Assembly (NCBI GenBank): GCA_965205855.1
Contig: OZ242184.1
Coordinates: 192,001 to 256,000 of the forward strand
Source of the DNA: Thermodesulfobacteriota bacterium
Lineage (GTDB): Bacteria; Desulfobacterota_D; UBA1144; Nemesobacterales; Mycalebacteriaceae
Length of the DNA: 64,000 nucleotides
Reading direction: 5' to 3'
A program made the position numbers and the translations under genes. Below, piece after piece: positions 9,670 to 19,258 of this stretch. Numbering within the stretch: the stretch's first letter is position 1; each line of letters begins with the position of its first letter. Under the pieces are notes generated by a model. It did no database searches, had not been told where the DNA came from, and saw nothing but the letters and a program-made list of their open reading frames with translations.

Positions 9670-10487
9670 CCGATATTGCTTTCATTGGGGCCGGGAAAAT
9701 GGCGGAGGCGCTTGTGGAGGGGATTATAAGCTCGGAGATTTTTCCGCCTCACGGCATAGTGGCAAGCGATATTGACGGCGGCCGCCTCGCGGAGGTGGAG
9801 AAAAAATACGGCATCTCCGCCGCGCGCGACAATGCGTCCGCCGTATCCGGCGCGAAGTGCGTCCTGTTTGCCGTCAAGCCCTCTGACATGGAGCGCGCTC
9901 TGGTTGATGTGAAAAACTCAGGACGCCCCGATATCCTTTATGTGTCGATCGTTGCGGGTATGAGGATTTCCTCCATAAAGTCCGTTCTCGGCGAAGACCG
10001 CAAGGTTTTCAGGGTCATGCCCAATCTTCCCGTTGTCGCGGGCGAAGGAGCTTCGGCGGCTTGCGGAGAAGGCGACGAACGGGATTTGAAGATCGTCAGA
10101 AAGGTGTTCGGCGCGGTCGGGATGGTGGAGTTTGTTTCCGAGGATTTGATGGACGCTTTCACCGCGCTGTCGGGCAGCGGTCCCGGATTTGCCGCTGCGT
10201 TTGCGGAGTCTCTAATATGCGCCGGAGAGGAACTCGGCATACCGCCACGGATTGCGGAAAGGTTTGCGGTTCAGACACTTTTCGGGTCGGCAAAGATGAT
10301 GGCGCAAGGCAAAGTTTCCCCGAAAACGTTGAGGGAGGCGGTGTCTTCACCGGCGGGAACCACGGTCGCGGGGCTTTGCGCGCTTGAAGAGTCTGGTTTT
10401 CAAAAAGCCGTTAAAAAAGCGTTGACGGCGGCGCGAGAACGGTCAAAAGAGCTCTCCGCTACGGAGAGAAAAAAGGAGAAAAAATAA
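9666..10487 (+). CDS. proC: Pyrroline-5-carboxylate reductase
   Basis: FIGAGKMA, FAVKP, RVMPN, TALSGSGP, VSSPAGTT. Confidence 0.96.
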   Translation: MTDIAFIGAGKMAEALVEGIISSEIFPPHGIVASDIDGGRLAEVEKKYGISAARDNASAVSGAKCVLFAVKPSDMERALVDVKNSGRPDILYVSIVAGMRISSIKSVLGEDRKVFRVMPNLPVVAGEGASAACGEGDERDLKIVRKVFGAVGMVEFVSEDLMDAFTALSGSGPGFAAAFAESLICAGEELGIPPRIAERFAVQTLFGSAKMMAQGKVSPKTLREAVSSPAGTTVAGLCALEESGFQKAVKKALTAARERSKELSATERKKEKK

Positions 10488-10780
10488 TGCTTGCACAAAA
10501 TACAATCGCCGCTGTTGCGGATGTCATAAACCTTCTTCTGGGAGTTTATTCGTGGATAATAGTCGCGCGGGCTTTGGTTTCATGGGTTGACGCAAGCCCC
10601 TACAACCCGATAGTGAGTTTTTTGTATTCGGCAACGGAGCCGGTTCTTGAACGGGCTCGCCGCGTGATTCCGATGATATGGGGGATGGACTTTTCCCCGA
10701 TAGCGGTGTTGCTGCTGATATTTGTCATAAGGCGGGTTTTGGTTCAGACCCTTTACCAGATATCCGCGCACGGCTTCTGA
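10487..10780 (+). CDS. yggT: YggT family membrane protein
   Basis: SWV...PYNP...L...TEPVL...RR.IP...MDFSPI. Confidence 0.92.
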   Translation: MLAQNTIAAVADVINLLLGVYSWIIVARALVSWVDASPYNPIVSFLYSATEPVLERARRVIPMIWGMDFSPIAVLLLIFVIRRVLVQTLYQISAHGF

Positions 10781-10786
10781 TATGAG

Positions 10787-11074
10787 ATGAAAGACCATTT
10801 TGTTGTTGATGTTCATGTCGTTCCCGGCGCCGCGCGCGATGAGTTTGTCGGTCTGCACGGGGAAAAACTCAAGATACGGGTTGCCGCACGTCCCGTTAAG
10901 GGGCAGTCAAATGCCCGGCTTGTAAAACTTCTTTCGAAGAAATTGAAAATTCCGAAAAGCAGAATTGAGATACTGAAAGGAAGTGCGTCCCGCGGCAAAA
11001 GAATCAGGATAGAGGGAATAACGGAAGACGATTTCAAAAGGTCTTTTGCGGAGTTTTACAGAGAGGCGGATTAG
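10787..11074 (+). CDS. DUF167 / YggU (UPF0235) family protein
   Basis: VHVVPGA, LKIRVAARPVKGQSN, I.ILKG.ASRGK; sits in the yggS-proC-yggT cluster. Confidence 0.9.
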   Translation: MKDHFVVDVHVVPGAARDEFVGLHGEKLKIRVAARPVKGQSNARLVKLLSKKLKIPKSRIEILKGSASRGKRIRIEGITEDDFKRSFAEFYREAD

Positions 11075-11847
11075 TGGCTCGAATAGAGATTTGCGGAAAC
11101 ATCGTGAACTACGAGACAGCGTGTTCTTCTCCGTTAGGGAGCCGATGCGTTGTTATGTTGCACGGAGCCGGGCAGAGTGCGGCTTGTTGGGAAAGCCAGC
11201 TTTCCTCTCTTGCGGATTATACGAGGTTTTCGTCTCTAGCCCTTGACCTTCCCGGGCACGGCGGTTCGGGCGGCGCGGCGATGGATTCAATTGAGGATTA
11301 CGCCCGCTTTGTCTCGGACTTCTGCCGCGCGGCGGGGGTTTTCAATCCTATCCTTATAGGCCACTCAATGGGAGGAAAGATTGTGCAGATACTTGCCACG
11401 GACGAAACTCTCAAACCGCACGCCTGTATACTTGCGGGAACGGGCGTGAAGACAAGGGTATCCAGGTGGTCTCTTAAAACGGTTGCGGACGACTACGAAA
11501 CTTTCTGCACAACGGCCGCGCAAAACGCCTTTTCCCCGGCGGCTCCAAAGCGGCTTCGGGATGTTTTTCTCCGTAGGATTCTCGCTTCCTCGAAAGAAAC
11601 CTGTCTTGCCGACCTGACAGCGTGCGACTTGTTTGACTTCTCGCGCTTTGTTGAAAACATTGATATCCCGTCCGTTGTTGTCGCGGGTGCTCACGATATT
11701 CTTTCGCCCGCCGGGCACACGGCTTTTCTTCATGGCCGCATAAAGGGCTCAAAACTTTTTGTAATCGGGGATGCCGGGCATTTTATGATGATGGAAAGTC
11801 CCGACGAGTTTAACAAGATAATGCTGGATTTTCTCAACCTTCTATAG
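11074..11847 (+). CDS. Alpha/beta-fold hydrolase
   Basis: LHGAG, DLPGHG, GHSMGG nucleophile elbow, catalytic D and AGH. Confidence 0.9.
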   Translation: MARIEICGNIVNYETACSSPLGSRCVVMLHGAGQSAACWESQLSSLADYTRFSSLALDLPGHGGSGGAAMDSIEDYARFVSDFCRAAGVFNPILIGHSMGGKIVQILATDETLKPHACILAGTGVKTRVSRWSLKTVADDYETFCTTAAQNAFSPAAPKRLRDVFLRRILASSKETCLADLTACDLFDFSRFVENIDIPSVVVAGAHDILSPAGHTAFLHGRIKGSKLFVIGDAGHFMMMESPDEFNKIMLDFLNLL

Positions 11848-11924
11848 CTCGGGTTTTTGTGTACTTTTGTTTGTTTGTTACAATAGCAGTCTCAATTTCA
11901 TATAAAAAACTGGAGGATTGAAAA

Positions 11925-12584
11925 ATGAAAATTTCTCTTTTGGGCGGCACGGGCGACATAGCGGAAGGACTTGTTCTACGGTGGTCGAAAGCCGGGCATG
12001 AAATCTTTGTCGGTTCAAGAAGTCAGGAAAAAGCCGACACCATAACGGCGGGTTATATTGAAAAACTGAAAGCACTCGGCGTTGAGCCGAATGTTCGGGG
12101 AATGGACAACGCTTCCGCGGCGGCAAGCTCCGAGGTGATAGTCATAAGCATTCCGCCCGAATACGCGGCGGACACTATCGGGGCAATAAAAGACAGCATA
12201 AAAGACCAGATTGTGATAACTCCCGTTGTGCCGATGGCGAAAGAGGGTAAAACATTTCTGTTTTCTCCGCCGTCCTGCGGCTCGTCCGCGCTTGAGATTC
12301 GCGAAAAACTTCCCAATACGGCGCGTCTTGTTTCCGCTTATCACAATCTTCCGGCAAAGGGTCTCAGCAATGTGGACAAAGACCTTAACGCCGATGTTGT
12401 TATCTGCGGCGATGATGATGAGGCAAAGCGGGTTGTCGCGAAACTGACCGAAGACCTGTCGGGTCTCAGGTGTCTTGACGCGGGGCCGCTTGAGGTTTCA
12501 CCGATGATAGAGGCGATTACTCCGCTGATAGTGAACCTCAACATCAGGCACAAGAAGCATTTTTCAGTAAAGTTTGTGGGCTGA
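11925..12584 (+). CDS. npdG: NADPH-dependent F420 reductase (F420H2:NADP+ oxidoreductase)
   Basis: MKISLLGGTG..EGL.LRW, GSRS.EKA, VSAYHNLPA, DVVICGDD.EAK, DAGPL...IEAITPL; GGAGG RBS. Confidence 0.88.
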   Translation: MKISLLGGTGDIAEGLVLRWSKAGHEIFVGSRSQEKADTITAGYIEKLKALGVEPNVRGMDNASAAASSEVIVISIPPEYAADTIGAIKDSIKDQIVITPVVPMAKEGKTFLFSPPSCGSSALEIREKLPNTARLVSAYHNLPAKGLSNVDKDLNADVVICGDDDEAKRVVAKLTEDLSGLRCLDAGPLEVSPMIEAITPLIVNLNIRHKKHFSVKFVG

Positions 12585-12586
12585 AA

Positions 12587-13003
12587 TCATCCCGTTGCCT
12601 GAACAATAACTTCGCGCGTTCTCGGGCGGTTGTCAAAATCCACAAGCACGATTTGCTGCCAGGTTCCCAGAAGCAATCGGGAGTTTGTAAACGGCACTGA
12701 CAATGAGGCTCCGACAATTGCCGCGCGCACATGGGAATGACCGTTGCCGTCTCCCCATCTGGCATTGTGCGCGTATTCGGCGTCCTGCGGAGCGAGGCGC
12801 TCAATCGCGGCTTTAAGGTCTGCCGTAGCTCCGCTTTCAAACTCTATTGTGGTGATTGCTGCCGTTGAGCCGGAAACAAACACGGTTGCCGTTCCATCCT
12901 CAAAGGAAAGGGAGGCGACTATCTCCGCCACCTCTTGCGTTATGTCTATGATGTCCGTATTGCCGTTTGTTGACAATGAAAACGACTGCCTTTCCGATGC
13001 CAT
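12587..13003 (-). CDS. YjbQ / UPF0047 family (secondary thiamine-phosphate synthase)
   Basis: IIDIT, GSTAAITTIE, Y.HN..WGDGNGHSHVRA, LGTWQQI..DFD..PR.R. Confidence 0.92.
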   Translation of the reverse strand: MASERQSFSLSTNGNTDIIDITQEVAEIVASLSFEDGTATVFVSGSTAAITTIEFESGATADLKAAIERLAPQDAEYAHNARWGDGNGHSHVRAAIVGASLSVPFTNSRLLLGTWQQIVLVDFDNRPRTREVIVQATG

Positions 13004-13077
13004 TGGTTTTCCTCCTTTCGGGATTGGGTATATCTTAAAAGAAAGTTTTTCACATTTTACCGCACAGGAGAACAGTT

Positions 13078-14163
13078 ATGGCATCCAAAAAAGATATTAA
13101 AAACACCGAAGCCCTGCTTGCAGAGCTCACCGAGGCGGACGGCGTCGCGGGTTACGAGTGCGAAATTTCCGCCGTTATCAAGAACCGTTTTAACAAACTT
13201 GGAGCGGTTTCAAAGGACAGAATGGGAAGTTTGATTTGCGAACTGCCCGGAAAATCTGCGTCCCCGAAAATCATGCTCGCCGGACACATGGACGAAATCG
13301 GCTTTATGATACGCTCCGTAACGCCGGACGGGTTTTTGAAATTCACCCCGCTCGGCGGCTGGTGGGATCAGGTGCTTCTTGCGCAGCGCGTAAGAATTAA
13401 AACCTCAAAGGGCGAGGTTTTGGGCGTAATCGGTGCAAAGCCGCCGCATTTAATCCCGTCCGAAGAGCGTTCCAAAATGGTTCAGAAAAAGAGCATGTAT
13501 ATAGACATCGGCGCATCATCGGCAAAAGAGGTTGAAAAAGCGGGTGTGAGAGCGGGAGACCCAGCCGTTCCGGTCAGCGGTTTTACAAAACTTGCAACGG
13601 ACGGCGCGTATATGGCGAAGGCGTTTGACGACAGGATAGGGTGTGCGGTGGTGATTTCCGCGCTTGCTGTGTTGAAAAAACCCCACCCCAACACGGTTTA
13701 CGGGGTTGCCACGGTTCAGGAAGAGGTTGGCGTTCGGGGGGCGACAACAAGCGTTGAGGCGGTTGACCCCGATGCGGCAATCATTCTGGAATCCGACATT
13801 TCGGGCGATGTTCCGGGCATATCCAATGAGGAGTCTTCCACAAAACTGGGCGGAGGGCCTTCGCTTCTGCTTTACGACGCGAGGATGATACCGAACCTCA
13901 AACTGCGCGATCTCGTGATAGAAACCGCGAAAAAGGCGAAAATTCCGCTTCAGTTTGCCACAATGGAAGGTGGCGCAACGGACGGCGGAGCGATACACCT
14001 GCACAAACAGGGGGTTCCGACCGTGGTTCTTGGCGTTCCGACACGGCACATACACAGCCATAATTCAATTATTCAGCGAAGAGATTTTGAGAATGCGGTG
14101 AAGTTGCTTGTTGAGGTTGTTAAAAAATTGGACGGAAAGACAGTTAAGGGGCTTGCGGGGTGA
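13078..14163 (+). CDS. M42 family metalloaminopeptidase
   Basis: AGHMDEIG, LGGWW, KAFDDRIG, TVQEEVG, GGATDGG, PTRHIHS. Confidence 0.94.
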   Translation: MASKKDIKNTEALLAELTEADGVAGYECEISAVIKNRFNKLGAVSKDRMGSLICELPGKSASPKIMLAGHMDEIGFMIRSVTPDGFLKFTPLGGWWDQVLLAQRVRIKTSKGEVLGVIGAKPPHLIPSEERSKMVQKKSMYIDIGASSAKEVEKAGVRAGDPAVPVSGFTKLATDGAYMAKAFDDRIGCAVVISALAVLKKPHPNTVYGVATVQEEVGVRGATTSVEAVDPDAAIILESDISGDVPGISNEESSTKLGGGPSLLLYDARMIPNLKLRDLVIETAKKAKIPLQFATMEGGATDGGAIHLHKQGVPTVVLGVPTRHIHSHNSIIQRRDFENAVKLLVEVVKKLDGKTVKGLAG

Positions 14164-14236
14164 GTGGTTGGCGATATCTGTAAGCGGGAGTGTATAATAC
14201 CAACCGAAGGATTGATGTTAGTTTTTACTAGTCGAA

Positions 14237-15094
14237 ATGAAATTGACAGAAGACAAAATACTGTTTGGGGATTGCGAAAAAAAACTCAACGAAGTTAGAA
14301 ACGACTCCGTTGATTTAATAATTACTTCGCCACCTTACGCCGACCAGAGGAAAAATAGTTACGGCGGAGTTCCTCCGAGCAAATATGTGGAATGGTTTCT
14401 ACCAATCTCCAAAGAACTTTTCAGAGTCCTGAAGCCTACGGGAACTTTTATTCTCAATATAAAGGAAAGAGTTGTAAGCGGAGAGCGTCATACTTATGTT
14501 CTCGAGCTTATAATGGCAATGCGCGAGCAGGGATGGTTGTGGACGGAAGAGTTTATGTGGCACAAGAAAAATTGCTATCCGGGCAAATGGCCTAACAGGT
14601 TCAGGGATTCTTGGGAAAGACTTCTACAATTTAATAAAGACAAAAAATTTCGTATGTATCAGGAATCTGTAATGGTTCCCACGGGTGAATGGGCACAAAG
14701 GAGGCTTGGTAAATTAAGCAAAACTGACAAAAGAAGAGACGAGTCAAAAGTCGGAAGTGGTTTTGGAAAAAACATTTCCAATTGGTTGGGTAGGAACAAA
14801 GCATATCCGACAAATGTTTTGCATATGGCAACGGAGTGCGGAAACAAAAGACACAGCGCAACTTTTCCAAAAACTCTACCTGAATGGTTTATCAACCTGT
14901 TTACAAAAGAAGGCGATACTGTCCTTGATCCTTTTGCCGGCTCGGGAACAACACTTGAAGTAGCGCGTAAACTCAGAAGAAATGCCATGGGTATTGAAAT
15001 CAATAAAGATTTTTATGAAATGATAAAAAAAGATTCCAAGACATATTTCAAACACCGACGACTTCTTGAGAAAAAAGGAAGGAAATATGCCTAA
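14237..15094 (+). CDS. Site-specific DNA amino-methyltransferase, beta class (probably N4-cytosine)
   Basis: ITSPPY (motif IV) precedes HSATFP and DPFAGSGTT (motif I); the region is AT-rich. Confidence 0.92.
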   Translation: MKLTEDKILFGDCEKKLNEVRNDSVDLIITSPPYADQRKNSYGGVPPSKYVEWFLPISKELFRVLKPTGTFILNIKERVVSGERHTYVLELIMAMREQGWLWTEEFMWHKKNCYPGKWPNRFRDSWERLLQFNKDKKFRMYQESVMVPTGEWAQRRLGKLSKTDKRRDESKVGSGFGKNISNWLGRNKAYPTNVLHMATECGNKRHSATFPKTLPEWFINLFTKEGDTVLDPFAGSGTTLEVARKLRRNAMGIEINKDFYEMIKKDSKTYFKHRRLLEKKGRKYA

Positions 15095-15848
15095 TAAGAT
15101 TACATACGAAGATTTACAAGATTATGTAAAGAATAATGTAGGAGTCTTTCATCAAACCAGACTTGAAAGCCTTGAAAAGTTAAAGCTTGATACTGTTTTA
15201 GTCAGGAAAAATCCCTATTTATTCAAGGCAAAAAATTTAACCGCTCCTGAACTTGTTAAGGGCATTGTCGATGCGCATTTGTCATCTCAAGAAGAAGGAA
15301 TATTCGGAAATTTTCTTGAAGAGCTTGCTATATTTGTAAACAGCAAGATATACAAGGGTTGGAAATCGGCCGCCGAAGGTATAGACCTTGAATTTACAAA
15401 GGATGATGTGAGATACATAGTTTCTATAAAATCCGGCCCTAATTGGGGAAATAGTTCTCAAATCAAAAAAATGAAAGACAATTTTATTCAAGCACAAAAA
15501 ATCTTACGACAAACAAATAAAAGAATGCATATACAGGCTATCAATGGTTGTTGTTATGGGAGAGATAACACTCCAGACAAAGGAGAATACTACAAATATT
15601 GCGGACAGAAATTTTGGACTTTCATTTCCAACAATGGGGATTTATACAAAAAAATTATTAGACCTTTAGGATACAGAGCAAAACAGAAAAACGATACATT
15701 TATGAAAAAATACTGTAAAGTTGTCAATCAATTTACTTTTTCTTTTATGGAGCGTTTTTGCGAAAATGGAGAAATTCAATGGGATGGTTTAGTCCAGTTT
15801 AACTCCGCCGAGCAAAAACCACTTAAGATAAAACAGAAGAAATCTTGA
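15087..15848 (+). CDS. Type II restriction endonuclease (PmeII / EcoO109I-like, PD-(D/E)xK)
   Basis: KNPYLF, SSQEE.IFGNFLE, GIDLEF, SIKSGPNWGNSSQ, GCCYG, CGQKFW; overlaps the MTase stop by 8 nt. Confidence 0.8.
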   Translation: MPNKITYEDLQDYVKNNVGVFHQTRLESLEKLKLDTVLVRKNPYLFKAKNLTAPELVKGIVDAHLSSQEEGIFGNFLEELAIFVNSKIYKGWKSAAEGIDLEFTKDDVRYIVSIKSGPNWGNSSQIKKMKDNFIQAQKILRQTNKRMHIQAINGCCYGRDNTPDKGEYYKYCGQKFWTFISNNGDLYKKIIRPLGYRAKQKNDTFMKKYCKVVNQFTFSFMERFCENGEIQWDGLVQFNSAEQKPLKIKQKKS

Positions 15849-15921
15849 CTTCCATTTTGGGCCCACTATGGTCCCGCTACCGCGACCATAGCGGTAGCCA
15901 AACTATGGAGGTTAAGCACGG

Positions 15922-16128
15922 ATGAAAACTTACAGAGTTGCTTTGGCAAGGACTTATGCGGTTACTGTTAAAGCCAGAAATGAAAAAGAAGCAATGGAAT
16001 GCGCAGAATTTTTTCTTGGAGACTCTTCCGATTCTTCCACACCAGAGGATAGGAAAGAACACAACTTTTCAATAGAGGAAATTGAAATGGTTTACAATGA
16101 TGCGGTGGATGCAGAAGAATTTGAATAA
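15922..16128 (+). CDS. Small acidic hypothetical protein, DpnD/PcfM-like
   Basis: GGAGGT RBS. MKTYRV.LARTY.VTVKA.NE.EA followed by an acidic tail resembles the DpnD/PcfM pattern. Confidence 0.6.
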   Translation: MKTYRVALARTYAVTVKARNEKEAMECAEFFLGDSSDSSTPEDRKEHNFSIEEIEMVYNDAVDAEEFE

Positions 16129-16140
16129 ATAATTTGTTCT

Positions 16141-16365
16141 TTAATAAACTACTTCAACCATGCCCAAAAATCTTCCTTTCATATTTACCGCCACACACTC
16201 TCCGGCTTCGGCACGCGATTTTAATTCCTCATCATTCTCGCAAAAATAAACCTTTCTCTTGCATTCCCCGCAAAACCGTATTTTCCCGTCTTCCGTTTCA
16301 GTCAGGTTTTCCCATAAAAGCGGGCATTTGAATTTAAATTCACAGTTATCAATCAATTTACTCAT
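16141..16365 (-). CDS. Small Cys-rich hypothetical protein (putative metal-binding)
   Basis: C.FKFKCP..W..L..T...IRFC.EC.RKVYFC; 6 Cys in 74 aa; ATGA overlap with the upstream gene. Confidence 0.72.
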   Translation of the reverse strand: MSKLIDNCEFKFKCPLLWENLTETEDGKIRFCGECKRKVYFCENDEELKSRAEAGECVAVNMKGRFLGMVEVVY

Positions 16366-17678
16366 TTCTTTTTCCCTCCAAACGGATTTTTAACTTTAGG
16401 ATGCCAGAGTTTGAAATGCTCTTTATGCAAATCCGTATAAGCTCCCGGCGGATAGAATTTGTCGTAAAAATCCAAATCAAGATGGTGCGCCTGAACCATA
16501 AACCGCAGAAACATCGGGTCTGAAAATGCCGGAAATCTTCCGTAAGTGTCGTAAACATAGCTGCAAATGTCTTTTACAACCTGAATCTCCTTTTTCCCCG
16601 GACGCAGAGTTTTTTCATAAACCCCCTGAGGGTTTTTGTAAGGCATGTTCTCCTTTTCCCAGTTGCTCCACTTCATATCGTTGAACGCTTCAACCGCTTC
16701 GCCCATATCTTTGTAGTAAGGCGGACAGAAAGCGTGAAAAAGCCCGTCCTTGCCAACCGCGACCGGATTGGGATTTGCCGTATCCGCTTCGGGATCGGGT
16801 TTTGTAAAACGGAAACCCAGCCCTTCAAAATCGTCAGACATTCCAAGTATATACGAGCTTGCAAACCCGCTGAAAAGCCAGCCGCCAAGTCCCAGAGTTT
16901 GCAACGTCAGAGCCATGTTCTGCCCGAGAAACGCCTGCTCCGCTATGAATCCGTTTGCAAAACGCAATTCGGCCTCTATGAGCGGCATTGTTTTGTTTTT
17001 GTCTATAAAACCGTTTTTTACCCACTTTTCTGTTCCGGGCGGTTTCATACCGCGTAACTCATCGGCAAAATTGAACCTGTGCCCTTCGCGCATATAGAAA
17101 AAATAGAGGTTGATTATGCAGGCAGTCAGGTCTGTTACGGGCATGAACACGGTTGTTCCCGGTTTGTTCACATTCCAAAGGTTGTGGGACGCAAGCCCCG
17201 GCGGTTTGTCGGGAATATCCGCTCTGCCTTCGCCGATTTTAATTTTTGACTCTTTGAACATCCGGACAATGGCGTCAACCCGTTTTTCAAACGACATTGT
17301 TTCAAGTCCCTTGAAATCGTCGGGTTTTTTGTCCTGCATTTTTATCATGTATGAGCCTTCGTCGTTTGTGTAAAACAACTCGGTTCTATGCACATCCCCG
17401 AGCGCGGGGATGGTTTTGCTTGTGAACTGGACTTCAAGGTCGAGACCCAGATGAGGCGGAAAATCTGACAGATTGATGTTTTTTATTCCAAGCCCCGTCC
17501 AGACGATAATAGCTTCCTCAAGCTCGGAAAGAGGCTCCGGCCTGTGCTTGGATTTGTATTTAAGCGGGCCCTCGGTGATTTCCATTCCGAGCCCGAAACG
17601 CCTTGAGCGCCTCTGAAAAACCGTGTCGTAAAAACTGTGCTTTGACGCCTTTTTCAAACCCTCGGGATATTTGCCCAT
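16362..17678 (-). CDS. Uncharacterised nitroreductase/SagB-fold protein
   Basis: RRSRRF, PLSELEEA, ELFYT, E.AF.GQNM.L.LQTLGLGGW.FSGF resemble nitroreductase/SagB motifs; 438 aa. Confidence 0.65.
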   Translation of the reverse strand: MGKYPEGLKKASKHSFYDTVFQRRSRRFGLGMEITEGPLKYKSKHRPEPLSELEEAIIVWTGLGIKNINLSDFPPHLGLDLEVQFTSKTIPALGDVHRTELFYTNDEGSYMIKMQDKKPDDFKGLETMSFEKRVDAIVRMFKESKIKIGEGRADIPDKPPGLASHNLWNVNKPGTTVFMPVTDLTACIINLYFFYMREGHRFNFADELRGMKPPGTEKWVKNGFIDKNKTMPLIEAELRFANGFIAEQAFLGQNMALTLQTLGLGGWLFSGFASSYILGMSDDFEGLGFRFTKPDPEADTANPNPVAVGKDGLFHAFCPPYYKDMGEAVEAFNDMKWSNWEKENMPYKNPQGVYEKTLRPGKKEIQVVKDICSYVYDTYGRFPAFSDPMFLRFMVQAHHLDLDFYDKFYPPGAYTDLHKEHFKLWHPKVKNPFGGKKK

Positions 17679-17749
17679 AGTATCGAAAGTCTATTTGGAA
17701 AAATCCGGTAATCAAAAAAAACTGTCTCCGCCGTGATAAAATTTTTACC

Positions 17750-19258
17750 GTGTCGCAAATACTGATTTTAAAAAAGACCGAAAGTTACGGCGCGCGAACG
17801 GCAATTACCGATTTTGCGGGCGACTGCTCTTATGCGGAACTGCTTGATATGCGCCTGCGGGCGGCGCGATCTCTGCTTGACTTTTTGCCGGACGGGGATG
17901 ACCTCAACGAGCGGCGCGTGGCGTTTATGGTTGGGAAAACAAGGCGGTATGCCGCGCTTAAACTCGCGATATGGTCTGCCGGCGGGGTTTCCGTTCCCTT
18001 GTGCGTCAGCCATCCCGCGAAGGAAATAGAGTATGTGATTGACGATGTTTCGCCGTTTGCCGTTGTTTGCGATCCGTGTTTTTCCCCGACGCTTCGGGAT
18101 ATGTGCGCAAAAAGGCGCGTCAAACTCCTCACTACGGACGAGGTGTTTTCATCGCAACCAGCGCACCGGCTTCCCGATGTCGCACCGTCCCGCCGGGCGA
18201 TGGTGATATACACAAGCGGAACCACAAGCAGACCCAAGGGGGTTGTTACCACTCACGCGAATATTGAGGCGCAGATGAAAGCGATGATTGAGGCGTGGGA
18301 GTGGAGCGGGTCGGATACTGTTTTGAATATCCTGCCCATGCACCATTTGCACGGGATATTGAACCTGATGTTGTGCCCTCTCAGGGTCGGGGCGGGGTGC
18401 GAAATGGCGAGTTTCTCTCCGCAAGGGGTTTGGAACAGACTTGTGAAAGGGGGATTGACCCTTTTTATGGCAGTTCCGACCGTCTATGCGAAACTCGCGG
18501 ATTTCTGGCAGAATGCTCCGGAGGAGAAGAAAAAGGAGATGAGCCTTGCGTGCCGCCCGATACGGCTTTTTGTCTCCGGCTCTGCCGCGCTTACAGTCAA
18601 CCTTTCCGAAAAATGGCTACGCATAAGCGGTCATACCCTTCTTGAGCGTTACGGGATGACCGAGACGGGGATGATATTGTCAAACCCGCTCTGGGGGAAA
18701 AGAAAGCCGGGCTTTGTCGGCAAACCGATGCCCGGGGTTGAAGCTGCGGTTTTTTCCAGCTCAAAAGCCCCAGCAACCGGCTGTGAGGAAGGCGAAATAA
18801 TGGTGAGAGGTGAGGGTGTTTTTCTTGAGTATTGGCGCAATTCCGGAGCGACTCGCGCGGCTTTTTCCGACGGCTGGTTCAAAACCGGCGATATTGCGGC
18901 ACGAGATTCGGAAGGCGATTTCCGCATAGTCGGCAGAGAGTCTGTGGATATCATCAAGTCCGGCGGCTACAAAGTGTCTGCTCTTGAGGTGGAGAGGCAA
19001 ATCCTTGAAAAAGAAGGCGTATCGCAGTGCGCTGTTGTTGGGGTCAGGGATGAGGTTTGGGGTCAGAGAGTCGCCGCCATGATCGTGCCGGAGGACGGAA
19101 AATCTCTTGACCCGGACGAGTTGACAGACTGGCTTAAACCGCGAATTGCGCACTACAAGATACCGTCCATTGTTAAAGTTACGGATGAAATCCCCGAAAA
19201 CGCGCTGGGTAAAACCCCCAAAACCCTGACTGCGCGCGTCCTCGAGGCGGGCAAATGA
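17750..19258 (+). CDS. Acyl-CoA synthetase, malonyl-CoA synthetase (MatB/ACSF3)-like
   Basis: YTSGTTSRPKG, LPMHHLHG, FMAVPTVY, SGSAAL, LERYGMTE, GWFKTGD, IIKSGGYKVSALE. Confidence 0.88.
   Translation: MSQILILKKTESYGARTAITDFAGDCSYAELLDMRLRAARSLLDFLPDGDDLNERRVAFMVGKTRRYAALKLAIWSAGGVSVPLCVSHPAKEIEYVIDDVSPFAVVCDPCFSPTLRDMCAKRRVKLLTTDEVFSSQPAHRLPDVAPSRRAMVIYTSGTTSRPKGVVTTHANIEAQMKAMIEAWEWSGSDTVLNILPMHHLHGILNLMLCPLRVGAGCEMASFSPQGVWNRLVKGGLTLFMAVPTVYAKLADFWQNAPEEKKKEMSLACRPIRLFVSGSAALTVNLSEKWLRISGHTLLERYGMTETGMILSNPLWGKRKPGFVGKPMPGVEAAVFSSSKAPATGCEEGEIMVRGEGVFLEYWRNSGATRAAFSDGWFKTGDIAARDSEGDFRIVGRESVDIIKSGGYKVSALEVERQILEKEGVSQCAVVGVRDEVWGQRVAAMIVPEDGKSLDPDELTDWLKPRIAHYKIPSIVKVTDEIPENALGKTPKTLTARVLEAGK

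Noticed and set aside
14237-15848. Assigning the EcoO109I recognition site (RGGNCCY) to the R-M system
   Set aside because: Family-level similarity does not fix specificity and the partner here is an amino-MTase; methylome data are needed.
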